Below are positions 10,601 to 20,367 of a stretch of 64,000 nt of DNA, one piece after another; position 1 is the stretch's first letter, and every line of letters starts with the position of its first letter. The notes beneath the pieces are model-generated. The model had not been told where the DNA came from, made no database searches, and saw only the letters and a list, made by a program, of their open reading frames with translations. The DNA is taken from the IMG/VR virus record IMGVR_UViG_3300031992_000076, positions 13,904-77,903 of that record, one strand, 5' to 3'. The stretch comes from a virus. Its lineage: Duplodnaviria; Caudoviricetes. The position numbers were made by a program, and so were the translations under genes.

Positions 10601-11544
10601 TTAGGATAATCTTGCACTTCAACACTAGGTATAGTTTGAGGATGAGTTAAATCATACCATTCTATTTTATCATATATCTCCATACTATTAGCATACATAA
10701 TATCAATTAAATCACCAATAGAAGGAGCTAAATTTTCTTTTATATCATCATCAGTTTGAAGATAAGCATATTCATAAAACTGTGCGGTTTCACGCTCTCC
10801 ACCTTTTGAATTAAGATATGCTTCATGTACATATCTATCTTCCTTTTTAAGATAATGAGCATCAGAACCAATTACCATTTTACAATTAAAAACTTGAGCT
10901 AATTCTACAAGTTTTTTATTCACGATAATTTGATCTTTACTAGCTCCAGGAGCACACTCTATATAAAAATCATTATTAAATAAATTTTTACACCACAATA
11001 CAAAATTGATGATATTCTGTTTTGCTTTCTCTGCTGTTTCATTATCACCAATTTTTCTTGCATTTTCCATTATTAATGTATTTCCAGATAATTCTCCGCC
11101 TATACATGCGGAAGTTGCAATTAAATGACCTGGATTTGCTTTAACTACTTTCTCAAGATCTGATTTTAAAGTTGGGACTCTTTCAAGTCCTCTATCAAAA
11201 TATGAATTCATCCAAGCTAAAGATGATAATTCTCTTAATTGACGATGTCCTATTGCATCTCTAGCTAGAAGAATAAAATGCCAATATTTTTGACCAGATT
11301 CTCTAGTATCTGTAAGATATATTTCATTTCCTAATGCTATTTTAAAATTAGGATTTGTTTCTCTTAATCCAGCCGCTATTTTATTAACCTCGATATGGCA
11401 ACCAAGAATCTCGTGATCTGTAATTGCTATTCCAGCTAACCCAATTTCAACCGCCCTTTTTATTAACTGATCTGGACGATTGATACTGTCAAGTAGTCTT
11501 ATATTGCTATACATCGTGTGCGAGTGCGGTTCAAACCTAAGCAT
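7603..11544 (-). CDS. dnaE: DNA polymerase III alpha subunit (family C)
   Basis: PHP domain HSHTMYS, GAGRGSSCS, catalytic DIDLD, HASGV, KYDFL, C-terminal OB fold. Confidence 0.96.
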   Translation of the reverse strand: MLRFEPHSHTMYSNIRLLDSINRPDQLIKRAVEIGLAGIAITDHEILGCHIEVNKIAAGLRETNPNFKIALGNEIYLTDTRESGQKYWHFILLARDAIGHRQLRELSSLAWMNSYFDRGLERVPTLKSDLEKVVKANPGHLIATSACIGGELSGNTLIMENARKIGDNETAEKAKQNIINFVLWCKNLFNNDFYIECAPGASKDQIIVNKKLVELAQVFNCKMVIGSDAHYLKKEDRYVHEAYLNSKGGERETAQFYEYAYLQTDDDIKENLAPSIGDLIDIMYANSMEIYDKIEWYDLTHPQTIPSVEVQDYPKKVMGKASEKYPTLNSMFSSDDKAERYWVNTCINKLKEKNLFETRYLERLEEEADIKKVISEKLHTNLFLYPITLAHYVDMFWECGSIVGAGRGSSCSGLNHYLLGVTQLDPLKWNFPFWRYLNKERVELGDIDLDLCPSKRPIIIQKIKEERGKNFKPEIDEISRKNLGCTMVATYGTETTKSTILTSCRGYRSENYPNGIDVDTAQYLSSLIPQERGFLWTLKEVIYGNPEKDRKPVTTFINEVNNYPGLLDIMLGIEGLISRRGIHASGVILFDEDPYEFGCFMKAPNGEITTQYDLHMAEAAGMTKYDFLLTEVQDKIAQCIKFLQENGEIEKDLTLREVYNKYFHPDVLDIEDEATWKNIQEGKILNIFQFDSDIGSQAAKKIAPKNMIELSDANGLMRLMTAEKGAETPMDKYIRYKNNIKLWYDEMKKAHLTDNEIKAVEPYFKSSYGVPPSQEQLMMMLMDEDICHFTLAEANAARKIVGKKQMSKIPELKEKIMNQASSAMLGKYIWECGVGPQMGYSFSVIHATAYSFIGYQTAYLATRWNPIYWDTACLVVNSGSLEEDNDQYDEDEEGTVKKKEKGTDFAKVAKAIGEITSHGIEVSLVNINTSDYGFEPDIANNRILYGLKALSNVNAETIEKIKGGRPYTGIKDFMVRCPLTKVPMIMLIKSGAFDEIETKLNNRKEIMAYYISQICEPKKRLTLQNFNGLILHGLVPKELEMQIRIFNFNKYLKAFKYKEWFILDNTAIDFINKFLSAYSDKIKTIDEKMCINQREWDNIYQIYMDKARDWLKENQTYVLNKYNDILFMEVWKKYAAGTPSAWEMDALCFYHGPHELIDVDNKKYNIVDFNQLQSEEVEYFWKRGNNNIPIYKLYRIAGTVLTKNDNRHSISLLTTTGVVNVKFTGEYYSMFKRQISELQPDGTKKIVERGWFKRGTKLMITGFRRDDTMVAKTYSRTIGHQLYLITDIIGSDIKLQHERATTSNGIFEDDYDE

Positions 11545-11584
11545 TTATATCCCTCATTTCTTTTTCTTTTTTACTTTATATAAT

Positions 11585-11613
11585 ATTATAACATAATTTT
11601 TTATAAAATGCAA
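11585..11613 (-). promoter_or_regulatory. Sigma-A-type promoter for dnaE
   Basis: TTGCAT-17 nt-TATAAT, TG extension. Confidence 0.75.
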
Positions 11614-11626
11614 GTATAAAAAGCAA

Positions 11627-11674
11627 GGCGGCAGCCACGTCCAATGTTTCTTTGGATTAAAACCGGCGCCCGCC
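11627..11674. repeat. GCGG-family palindromic element / terminator
   Basis: GGCGGCAGCCA...CCGGCGCCCGCC; T-run on minus strand. Confidence 0.6.
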
Positions 11675-12157
11675 TTAACATATTGGATACTTCAATTCTT
11701 TACAATTAAAGAATTTTTGTAAAGCATATCTTTCACTACATACATTATTTGGTGCTTCATAAACCATAAGTACAATAATTGGATCACAAGGTAAATTTAA
11801 TTCTTTTTTAAATTTATTAGCACAATACTCAAATGCTTTTAAAGTTTTCTCTTTATCAACAAGAGAAGAAAGTAAAATGTAATATTCTTGCATACATTCA
11901 CATTGATAATTTTTATCTTGTGTTGCCCATAACGGACAAATTGAATGTTCTCCAATACACTCTTTAGTTCCATATTTTTGAACTATGAGAGGTTCATATC
12001 GAAGCCCGCACACTACACCCCTCTTGTCTAAAAAGTATTCTTCTTCATTTCGTGGTCTATACCAATCTGGATCACTAAGCGCCGTTGATACGGGTATATA
12101 CCATTGTTTAAAATTTCTAATTTGATAAAAATATGAAGTGGCAATAAAAAAATTCAT
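11675..12157 (-). CDS. Hypothetical protein, DUF488-like
   Basis: N-terminal TSYF, PDWY and C-terminal VLMVYEAP..CSER resemble DUF488 motifs. Confidence 0.5.
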   Translation of the reverse strand: MNFFIATSYFYQIRNFKQWYIPVSTALSDPDWYRPRNEEEYFLDKRGVVCGLRYEPLIVQKYGTKECIGEHSICPLWATQDKNYQCECMQEYYILLSSLVDKEKTLKAFEYCANKFKKELNLPCDPIIVLMVYEAPNNVCSERYALQKFFNCKELKYPIC

Positions 12158-12169
12158 ATCTATTTCCTT

Positions 12170-12919
12170 TTAACAAGTTATTATTGGTGAAGCTAATGTA
12201 CAATGACAAATTCCATTCCCACCATTACTAGGATGATTAGCGCAATTTATGCAGGGGGCGGGGACTGATGAATTATATGGTTCATTTATAATTTTATCTA
12301 ATTTAAAAGCAAAATCTTTACCAAAATATCTACTATATTCTTCTCTTTGTTCTTTTCTTTCTATAGCCTTATCAATAGTAACTCTATGATAATTGGGAAT
12401 TTCTGATAAATATCCAGCTTCAATAACAGTTCTTAAATTGCATGGATACCATTGAGCAACATCAGATGCTAAATTTAAATGAGAAGTTCTATACTTCCCG
12501 CCTATATCATAATAAGTTGCGGTGGGTCCATTATGAATATGACCATGAATATTAAGAGTAAATTCTTCTAATCCATAAATTGGCTCATGGCTAAGTAATA
12601 TTCTATCTGCAATAAATAAAGGTCCAGTATATATTTCATCAAAATGGTCAGCTACTTTGCTTAATATATCATGATTGCCTGAAATAAGAACCTTATAACA
12701 TTTTAATTCATCTAAATATGTTGGATTACCTACATCTCCTAAATGAATAAGAGTATCACTTTTTTGTACATCTCTTTTTATTCTTTTCATATGCTCTTTA
12801 GGATTAATCCAATTAGGATTCATAATTTTACAATCATCATCAAAATGAGTATCTGATATTAAATAAATTGAACCCGTAGCAGACCATCTTTGAAATTGTG
12901 GATATAATGATTTAATCAT
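12170..12919 (-). CDS. Calcineurin-like metallophosphoesterase
   Basis: SDTH, HLGD, GNHD, HGHIH motifs; start set at MIKSL after GAGGAG RBS. Confidence 0.88.
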   Translation of the reverse strand: MIKSLYPQFQRWSATGSIYLISDTHFDDDCKIMNPNWINPKEHMKRIKRDVQKSDTLIHLGDVGNPTYLDELKCYKVLISGNHDILSKVADHFDEIYTGPLFIADRILLSHEPIYGLEEFTLNIHGHIHNGPTATYYDIGGKYRTSHLNLASDVAQWYPCNLRTVIEAGYLSEIPNYHRVTIDKAIERKEQREEYSRYFGKDFAFKLDKIINEPYNSSVPAPCINCANHPSNGGNGICHCTLASPIITC

Positions 12920-13103
12920 CAGAATCACGCTCCTCAAATTTATCAAACTCATTTAACTCTTTTTCAATATCATTGATATCTGGAAGAAAATGCGCTTCAC
13001 TCCAATCAACCCAATTATCAACTCCACAAGCTGACAATTCTTCATAAATTAAATTTCCTTCAATCAATTTTCTTAATTTATTTTCTTCAACTAATCTATA
13101 CAT
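12912..13103 (-). CDS. Hypothetical protein
   Basis: 63-aa ORF with GVDNW motif. Confidence 0.65.
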   Translation of the reverse strand: MYRLVEENKLRKLIEGNLIYEELSACGVDNWVDWSEAHFLPDINDIEKELNEFDKFEERDSDD

Positions 13104-13105
13104 TT

Positions 13106-13300
13106 TTATTTTCCCTGCTTACTTGATGATGTTGGCTTTAAAAAAGAGCTTATTAAACATAATACTAGCCAAATTCCTGTTGCTATTGGTAAACTAAAAG
13201 TAAGCCCAAAGCAAACACAAATTAATGCTATAATGCCTATTGTAATTCCCCAACTAAGAGCAATGCCTAATAAAATTAATAAAAGTCCAAGTAAAATCAT
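13106..13300 (-). CDS. Small two-TM membrane protein
   Basis: Two hydrophobic segments in 64 aa. Confidence 0.65.
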   Translation of the reverse strand: MILLGLLLILLGIALSWGITIGIIALICVCFGLTFSLPIATGIWLVLCLISSFLKPTSSSKQGK

Positions 13301-13303
13301 AAG

Positions 13304-13459
13304 TCAAATCTCCTTTTCTTCAAGAATTTCATAAACAATATCAGGTTTATCTAATCCATAAATATGAATGCATTCTTCTACAGATTCTACTTCACAGCTT
13401 TGAGTTCTCCACTTATAATTTGATAATTTATCTTTAAATGCAAATGTTATCTTTTTCAT
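13304..13459 (-). CDS. Small hypothetical protein (51 aa)
   Basis: MKKITFAFKDKLSNYKWRTQSCEVESVEECIHIYGL...; AGGAG RBS; below ORF-track cutoff. Confidence 0.6.
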   Translation of the reverse strand: MKKITFAFKDKLSNYKWRTQSCEVESVEECIHIYGLDKPDIVYEILEEKEI

Positions 13460-13460
13460 T

Positions 13461-13757
13461 TTATTTCTCCTGATTTATTTCTTTATCAATTTGTCTTTGA
13501 TCATGAGGCTTATAATTCATTCCTTTTCCATAAGACCCCTTACGCCTATAATTAGAATGACCTTTTCTCCAATTAGTTTTTTTAGAAGGTCCACCTTCTG
13601 CATTTAAAAAACTTCCATTTTCAAAATATCCATCTTCAGGCATCTCTATTTTTGGATTAATACTATCTTTTCGATACCACCAATAAAGTGATTTTAATAA
13701 ATTTTTTCTTTGTTTGATTTTTCGTTCTCGAAGTCTACGCCTTTCAGCTCTTTTCAT
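13461..13757 (-). CDS. Basic hypothetical protein
   Basis: Arg/Lys-rich 98-aa ORF, GAGG RBS. Confidence 0.6.
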   Translation of the reverse strand: MKRAERRRLRERKIKQRKNLLKSLYWWYRKDSINPKIEMPEDGYFENGSFLNAEGGPSKKTNWRKGHSNYRRKGSYGKGMNYKPHDQRQIDKEINQEK

Positions 13758-13764
13758 TTTTTTA

Positions 13765-14943
13765 TTACCTCACTAAGACTAATTTATCCTCGGGTCTGGT
13801 GCAGCACGTATATAACCAGCGTTTATGCTCTTCACGATCGAATGGAAAATTTTCTTCTATTACCAATACTTTTGGAAACTGGGAACCTTGAGCTGCATGC
13901 CCAGTTATTGCATAGCCATAAGTCGCTTGTCGAGGAAGAATATCTCCAATTTTGTTTCTTAATTTACCTAGTCTATATGAAACTCTCCAATCAACACAAG
14001 GATTTTCATCTAATAAAAAGTCTTTATCTAAATTAATTGAAGAATACGTGCTACCTACTTCAGGAATAAAATCGCACATGATAGTAGGTATTCTATGCCT
14101 ATCATTTTGAATATAATAAGGAATATTAATATAACTATTGTATATGTTATTCACTGTTCCTATAGTGCCATTCACTAGAGCGTCACCTTCATCATTTAGA
14201 TCTTCCCAATAATTTCTTTTTATAATGAGTTTTTCTCCTGGCATCAGTTCACCACTAAAACCAAGTAATGAACGTACTTGATTATTAATATTATGTCGAG
14301 TAATATTAGTTGCAGTAATTATAGTATCTGCCCATAAGAGATGTCCAGTTACAAGTTCTTTCTTAGGGGTTACTATTACTTCCTTACCTTGCATATAAGG
14401 AATTTCTTCTCCATTACGAATTTTCATAGTTAACTGAATAATTTCTGATTCAGCAGCTTGTCGCATAATCTGGTCTAAAAATACATGCGGATGAGTTAAA
14501 AGATCATGAGATTCAGTCTTATCAATCATTGGAAGCTGGCCAGGATCTCCTAGGAATAAAATAAAAACTTTATGTTTTAGAAGCATATCTATCATTGACT
14601 TAGGTACCATTGAACACTCATCTACAACTATAATTGTATAATCTAAACTCATTTTCGGTTTTCTGAAAAAACCTCCCCCTGGTCTAGGAATTGAATCATA
14701 AAGTAGGCGATGAAGTGTCATAGCATTTTTATTTCCTTTTTTACGAAGAACCTCTGCAGCTTTACCTGTAAAAGTTGCATAAGCCACCTTATCTTCCTCT
14801 ACATCCAGTGCCTCTATAATAAATTTGACTAGAGTCGTTTTACCTGTACCAGCATACCCCGAAATAACAACATATTTCTCATGATTTTTATATCTAGTTA
14901 AAGCTTCAGAAAGTCCAGCTTCCTGTTTTTCTGTTAATTGCAT
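13765..14943 (-). CDS. RecD-like/Dda-type SF1 helicase
   Basis: GYAGTGKTT, DECSM, GDPGQL, YAITGHAAQGS, YTCCTR. Confidence 0.92.
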   Translation of the reverse strand: MQLTEKQEAGLSEALTRYKNHEKYVVISGYAGTGKTTLVKFIIEALDVEEDKVAYATFTGKAAEVLRKKGNKNAMTLHRLLYDSIPRPGGGFFRKPKMSLDYTIIVVDECSMVPKSMIDMLLKHKVFILFLGDPGQLPMIDKTESHDLLTHPHVFLDQIMRQAAESEIIQLTMKIRNGEEIPYMQGKEVIVTPKKELVTGHLLWADTIITATNITRHNINNQVRSLLGFSGELMPGEKLIIKRNYWEDLNDEGDALVNGTIGTVNNIYNSYINIPYYIQNDRHRIPTIMCDFIPEVGSTYSSINLDKDFLLDENPCVDWRVSYRLGKLRNKIGDILPRQATYGYAITGHAAQGSQFPKVLVIEENFPFDREEHKRWLYTCCTRPEDKLVLVR

Positions 14944-14979
14944 TTTTTATTTTCCTCTTTATTTTTTCTCTATAATAAT

Positions 14980-15008
14980 ATTATAACATATTTTTTAAAA
15001 AAAGTAAA
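14980..15008 (-). promoter_or_regulatory. Sigma-A-type promoter
   Basis: TTTACT-17 nt-TATAAT, TG extension. Confidence 0.65.
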
Positions 15009-15033
15009 GTGAAGGTTTTTTAACCTTCACTTT

Positions 15034-16800
15034 TTAAAATACATAAGCCACTTTCTTTTTTATATTATAATCATTTATTAAAATTTGTGGATATTCATTT
15101 CCATTCCAAGAATTTATATTACATTTACCAATAACATCAATAGTTACAGACCCGCTGTTTGAATATAAATTATCAAATTCTTCTTGCGGCATATTAAATT
15201 TAATCATTGATACCCCATTTGGTAAGGTAATTTTAACTGTATTTGAAGCCATCATAACAATATTGTCTTTAGTAATTTCTACATTATGAACAGCTACAAG
15301 AGGTTCATCTAAATCTTTACCAATATATTTATCAAATTTAGCTATATCTATGATATCTTGACCAAACATATCTGTAGGCTCCCAAACAAAATCTACATAA
15401 TATAATGGTTCATTGGGCATATCTTCTAATTGAGAATCTGTACTTTTAATAAATTCTTTTATTTTTTCGGCGGGAAGTCCTAAACCAAATGCTCCTTGGT
15501 GCCCAATTGTATAATCACAGACCTGGGTCGCTGCACATATATCTTTAAATTCTGTAATGCCAACTTTGTCACATCCACGCGCAGAACCTTGATAAGAAAC
15601 TCGACCATCTTTATCTATTACTTTTGTAAGCATACAACAAGGTCGTTGATATCTAGCCATAAGTTTATTTGCAACTAATCCACGAATTTCTGCTTGAATT
15701 TGATTTGGTTCAAGAAGAAATAAAAGAACTTTATGTTCCATCATATTATTATCTTTAATAAGATGCTTTACTAATTCAATTCCCGCCTCTTCTGAACGCC
15801 CCTGTCTATTTTTTACATTAGTGCAAGTTCTTATTGCTTGGTCAACGAGTTTTTCTGTTTCTCCTAATTTATGTCCTCTTTTATTAGAAGGAATTAATTG
15901 AAATGCTTTAAATTTAAGCATTGAATTAAATACTAATTCTTTTTCTTCTAATGTTCCGCTTCGAGTTATTGCGTTAACAAAAGGAACTATATAAAAAGTT
16001 TCACCCCATGCAGTTGGTGTATCACCTAATTTAAATTTATTTTTTTGCCACATTCCATATATAAATGGATTGATAATACCATTTGGTTCTAATCCTTTAG
16101 TAATTAGGCGGCGGGTTTCATATGATTTTAAAGACATCATATCCCCTACTAAGCCCAATGCTACTAAATCAAGATATTTATCTGCATAATTATTATTCCA
16201 TATTTTATCCATATATCGACAGAACTGATATACTACTCCCACACCACTCAATTCTTTGTTTGGATACTGAGGAAGCTGGCTATTAATAAGAATGCAATTA
16301 GGATATGCCTCGCCTTCAATTTCATGGTGGTCGAGAATAATAATTGCTCGTTTTTGTTCATGTAATCTTTGAAGTTCATTCCAATCATTACTTCCTGCAT
16401 CTGGAATAATAACCAATTCAGCACCCATATCTTCAATCCAATCTATAGAATCTTGAAGTCCATGTTGTTTGCCTTCATGCATATACCAATGAACGTGCTC
16501 TTCTACCCAGGCGGGAGCTAGGTCATAGAGATAATTAATTAGAACTGCGGAACTTGTATACCCATCACAATCGCAGTCAACCACAATACATGTTTCCAAA
16601 TTCCCGGTATAAGCTGCACGAACCGCGGCCGCCGCACATTCTAATAATTCTTTTCCAAATACCTCAGGAGGGTTAATATCATCATCTGTTAAATGTATAT
16701 AATGTTTTATTTCTTCTTTTGTTTTAAAACCTCTATTTACAAATATTTGTTCTTGTGCAGATAAAAGAGAATTTGGTGAATTTATTAATTTATATCTCAT
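15034..16800 (-). CDS. recJ: DHH-family ssDNA exonuclease
   Basis: DCDCDG, DAGS, DHH, GSAR, GHQGAFG. Confidence 0.93.
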   Translation of the reverse strand: MRYKLINSPNSLLSAQEQIFVNRGFKTKEEIKHYIHLTDDDINPPEVFGKELLECAAAAVRAAYTGNLETCIVVDCDCDGYTSSAVLINYLYDLAPAWVEEHVHWYMHEGKQHGLQDSIDWIEDMGAELVIIPDAGSNDWNELQRLHEQKRAIIILDHHEIEGEAYPNCILINSQLPQYPNKELSGVGVVYQFCRYMDKIWNNNYADKYLDLVALGLVGDMMSLKSYETRRLITKGLEPNGIINPFIYGMWQKNKFKLGDTPTAWGETFYIVPFVNAITRSGTLEEKELVFNSMLKFKAFQLIPSNKRGHKLGETEKLVDQAIRTCTNVKNRQGRSEEAGIELVKHLIKDNNMMEHKVLLFLLEPNQIQAEIRGLVANKLMARYQRPCCMLTKVIDKDGRVSYQGSARGCDKVGITEFKDICAATQVCDYTIGHQGAFGLGLPAEKIKEFIKSTDSQLEDMPNEPLYYVDFVWEPTDMFGQDIIDIAKFDKYIGKDLDEPLVAVHNVEITKDNIVMMASNTVKITLPNGVSMIKFNMPQEEFDNLYSNSGSVTIDVIGKCNINSWNGNEYPQILINDYNIKKKVAYVF

Positions 16801-17060
16801 ACTATATCCACCTCACCAAATTTTAATCTATTGCAAACAGCAACAGGTATCCCATATATGGTTCTAAAATATTGACCTGCCTCTTTTACTTGTCTATTGA
16901 ATAAATTAGAAATGTGGGCATAAGATATTTCTATCTCTGCTTCTAAGGTATGTAAAGTATGTTCATTCATAACTATATATTGTATATTGTCTAAATCAGA
17001 TTTATTTAAAATATCTTTAAGAGCATTAATATCTAGTTTTTTATTAATATTAATAAGCAT
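16797..17060 (-). CDS. Hypothetical protein
   Basis: 87-aa ORF coupled to both neighbours. Confidence 0.65.
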   Translation of the reverse strand: MLININKKLDINALKDILNKSDLDNIQYIVMNEHTLHTLEAEIEISYAHISNLFNRQVKEAGQYFRTIYGIPVAVCNRLKFGEVDIV

Positions 17061-18184
17061 TATAAAAATATCCTTTCTTTAAATAATTGTAAAAATATCT
17101 CTGGGGTTCTATCTATGGGAGCATCTTTATAACCTAAAAGATTACTTTTATCAAACATAAAACTTATTTTAGTATACTTACTAAATCTTTTATGTATTCC
17201 TTTTAAATTTTTAATTAATTTATTAAATTCATCATCTCCAGGTTGTTGAAATTGTTTATCAAGAGCAATAACAATTTCTTCTACTCCTAATTGAATTAAA
17301 AGCCAAGCTTGATAATTTATAAATGAACTTCCGCAAATAGCTACTGAAAGGTCATTATTTTGTCCAAAATATGAAGCGTACTTAAGACAACTTTTTTCAG
17401 ATTCAAATACGAAAGCTTTTTTCATACGAGAAATATTATCTTTACTCCAATTTAAATTATAAAGATTAAATCCCAAAGGATGATTATACATCTTCCCGCT
17501 TATTCTAGCTGGCATATATTTACCATAATTTTCAGCCTGCTCTTGTATTAAGGTTCTTTCTCTAATTCCTATTAATCGACCATTAATATCATAATGTGGA
17601 ATAACTATTCCTTGACTTTTAGGATTATAACAAATATTATGAGAATCCATTATTTCTTTTTTAATTCCTTCTTGTTCCCACCCTATTAATCTAGGATGAG
17701 GAAGATTTTTTAAAAAATATCCTTCATATTCTTTTAATTCAATTTTTTGTGTTTCTATATCTATATTTTTTATTCTATCATAATTTTTAAATAAAGTCAA
17801 GTCCTCTTTAATAGATAGCTCATTTTCTTCAACAATAGCATTTGGTGAATAACCAAATTTTCTAGCTATGTAATCTATTGCTTCTGGAAGATTCCATTCA
17901 CTATCTTCGCGGGGTTTAGGATGTTCTCTACTCATTACCTTGCGAGTAAGTTCAAAAATATCAAATGTAGGCTCTGCACATCCAGTATAGCAATGGAATA
18001 ATCCAGTATTTTGATAATAATATAACTTATGTGAGCCCTCTCCTGCATGATTATGGCATATTGTTTGAGCTACAATAATCCCATTTTTACGAATGGGTTC
18101 TGCATTAAATTCAGTTAAAATTAATTCTATATCATCCAAAGATAAATTTTCTTTAATTTCATCTTTGTTATAAGAATATTCCAT
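17060..18184 (-). CDS. dnaG: DNA primase
   Basis: Zn-binding TICH...HCYTGC, TOPRIM FESEKS and ALDK. Confidence 0.88.
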   Translation of the reverse strand: MEYSYNKDEIKENLSLDDIELILTEFNAEPIRKNGIIVAQTICHNHAGEGSHKLYYYQNTGLFHCYTGCAEPTFDIFELTRKVMSREHPKPREDSEWNLPEAIDYIARKFGYSPNAIVEENELSIKEDLTLFKNYDRIKNIDIETQKIELKEYEGYFLKNLPHPRLIGWEQEGIKKEIMDSHNICYNPKSQGIVIPHYDINGRLIGIRERTLIQEQAENYGKYMPARISGKMYNHPLGFNLYNLNWSKDNISRMKKAFVFESEKSCLKYASYFGQNNDLSVAICGSSFINYQAWLLIQLGVEEIVIALDKQFQQPGDDEFNKLIKNLKGIHKRFSKYTKISFMFDKSNLLGYKDAPIDRTPEIFLQLFKERIFL

Positions 18185-18205
18185 TTATAATAAAACTCCT
18201 TGTTA

Positions 18206-19741
18206 TTAAAATGCTGAAGCATCTTGAATTCGTATTTTTAAATCTTCCATGTCTATAAGTTCATAATTCCATTTTGTTACAAATTGAGGCTCTATTCTAC
18301 AAATTCCTCTGTTTGCTTTAGCCCAAAGATAAATATTTTTCCATCTACCTCGCCTATTTTTATAAACAGAAATTTTTATATCAGGCATTTCTATTCCAAG
18401 TTTTTTTACCATTGGAGCAAGGGCCTCTTTGTCTTTATTGGTTGTTTCTAGCATAATCATACCTAAATCTATTTTATCAGCAATACTTTTTGCTCCTCTT
18501 AAAAGATTTTGATCTGGAGTTTCTGATTCTGTATAATCAGCATTTAATTGTGTTGCAGACATAATAAAAATTCCATATTGATTACATAAATCTTTAAGTC
18601 TAATAGACATCATAAAAAGAATATTATCTTCTCTAAGCCTAACTCCGCCGCTCCTTTTCGTTATTTCTTCAAGAATTTTCATTGATGTATGAATATAATC
18701 AAGAAAAATGTATTTTAATCCATGTTCACGAATTCCTCTAATAATTGTATTCTCAATATCCTTTAAAGAAAAATCAGGTAATGATTCAAAATAAATTGGA
18801 CTTTGTTTTAAAATTTGAGCTGCTTTTTGAACTCTCTCCCATTCCCCCGAAAAATATTCTCCATCAAGAATATGTTGCTCATCTACTCCAGAAATAAATG
18901 CAATCATCATAGTTTGAACTTCACTTAAATCTTGCTCTGTAGCAATATACATAACAGGTTCTGATTTACCAATACTAATCCATTTATTAGTTTCTAAATC
19001 ATACATTTGAAAACAGCCTATATAACATACATCTGCTGCAATTGCACGAGATTTACCAACACCAGTAGCTGCAGAACGAATATAAAATTTCTTAAGTCTA
19101 GCTCCGCGAGTAACTGTATTCATATATTTTCCAAAAAGAGGGTACCCAATTTCTGGAGTTTCTTTTAATGATTCTAGGAGCTCTTCAACTCCCTCTCCAG
19201 CCTGAGTTCCACAAATTAAACTATTATCTATACATTGAGCTTTAATTTCAATGATTTTATCATCAATTAAATTTGCAATTTCTACAAGAGAAGAATTGTC
19301 TAACCATTCCTCTTGTTCTTGTTTTTTCTTACTATCAAAAATATTATCTGGGTCATAAATCCATGATAAATCCATTCCCGCCGTTTCTTGATATGCTCTA
19401 AGCAAAGACATTTTTTTCATTCTATTATAATAATATTCAAAAGTAGATAATGATGCGGTTTCCGCGCATTTTAAAATATATTCTCCACCTTTATTACTAT
19501 CATATAGTGCCTTTTTCTTTGGGCGGGAAGCGAGATAGTCCTCTATTGCATTTAAATTAATTTCTGATGCACCTAATTGATGTAAATTAAAAATTGCACC
19601 AAAAACAGTTTTATGAAAATCATCTACAAAATCATTTTCATTAAAAAAATATTTATCAGTTGCATCTAATAAATTAGGATTATTATATACATTTCCTATT
19701 GTATTTGTTAAAGATGCAATATCTACATACTTACTTGTCAT
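18206..19741 (-). CDS. dnaB: Replicative DnaB-like helicase
   Basis: Walker A AATGVGKS, FLDYI, ATQLN, YKNRRG. Confidence 0.9.
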   Translation of the reverse strand: MTSKYVDIASLTNTIGNVYNNPNLLDATDKYFFNENDFVDDFHKTVFGAIFNLHQLGASEINLNAIEDYLASRPKKKALYDSNKGGEYILKCAETASLSTFEYYYNRMKKMSLLRAYQETAGMDLSWIYDPDNIFDSKKKQEQEEWLDNSSLVEIANLIDDKIIEIKAQCIDNSLICGTQAGEGVEELLESLKETPEIGYPLFGKYMNTVTRGARLKKFYIRSAATGVGKSRAIAADVCYIGCFQMYDLETNKWISIGKSEPVMYIATEQDLSEVQTMMIAFISGVDEQHILDGEYFSGEWERVQKAAQILKQSPIYFESLPDFSLKDIENTIIRGIREHGLKYIFLDYIHTSMKILEEITKRSGGVRLREDNILFMMSIRLKDLCNQYGIFIMSATQLNADYTESETPDQNLLRGAKSIADKIDLGMIMLETTNKDKEALAPMVKKLGIEMPDIKISVYKNRRGRWKNIYLWAKANRGICRIEPQFVTKWNYELIDMEDLKIRIQDASAF

Positions 19742-20265
19742 TACTCTACCTCATCATCTAAATTAAATAATCTTTTAGGTATTTTAATTTCTGGAGGCGG
19801 AATAACAACCTCTTTTACCTTTGTTACAAAATTTTGAATATCTTTATTTTCATTCTGTGATTGAGCTATAAATAAACTATAATAATAATTAAAAGCATCT
19901 TGATAAACAAAAGGAACAATACCTAAAGCTCCATTTGCTTTATCTATGGAATTACCTTTTACTTCAAAAAAGTAAATTAAACTTTTCATTATTCCAGAGT
20001 AAGAATAATGATTTTCAGTTGTATATATTTTAAGTTGACGTTTTATTTGTGCCCAATTAGCAGATTTGCCAAATAATTTATTAATATAATCATTTAGTTT
20101 AATTAAATCTTTATCTTCCTGTTTTTCATCTACTAATGGAACAAAATCAGTATTGTTTGGATCGCATATAGCATGTGCATATCTGCGGGCGCCGGTTCTT
20201 ACTGCTTGAATCTTGTCTCGATTAAATTGTTTCCCGCATTTTGTACATATGACTAGATGAGCCAT
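19741..20265 (-). CDS. Zn-finger protein, possible helicase loader
   Basis: CTKC...HAIC; directly upstream of the helicase gene; function is inference. Confidence 0.55.
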   Translation of the reverse strand: MAHLVICTKCGKQFNRDKIQAVRTGARRYAHAICDPNNTDFVPLVDEKQEDKDLIKLNDYINKLFGKSANWAQIKRQLKIYTTENHYSYSGIMKSLIYFFEVKGNSIDKANGALGIVPFVYQDAFNYYYSLFIAQSQNENKDIQNFVTKVKEVVIPPPEIKIPKRLFNLDDEVE

Positions 20266-20297
20266 TTCTTATCAATCCTTTCTTTTCATATATAATA

Positions 20298-20326
20298 ATT
20301 ATAACATATTTTTTAATAAAAGTCAA
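20298..20326 (-). promoter_or_regulatory. Sigma-A-type promoter
   Basis: TTGACT-17 nt-TATAAT, TG extension. Confidence 0.8.
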
Positions 20327-20367
20327 GCGGAAGATGTATAGCACCTTCCGCTCTATGAAAATTTTAT

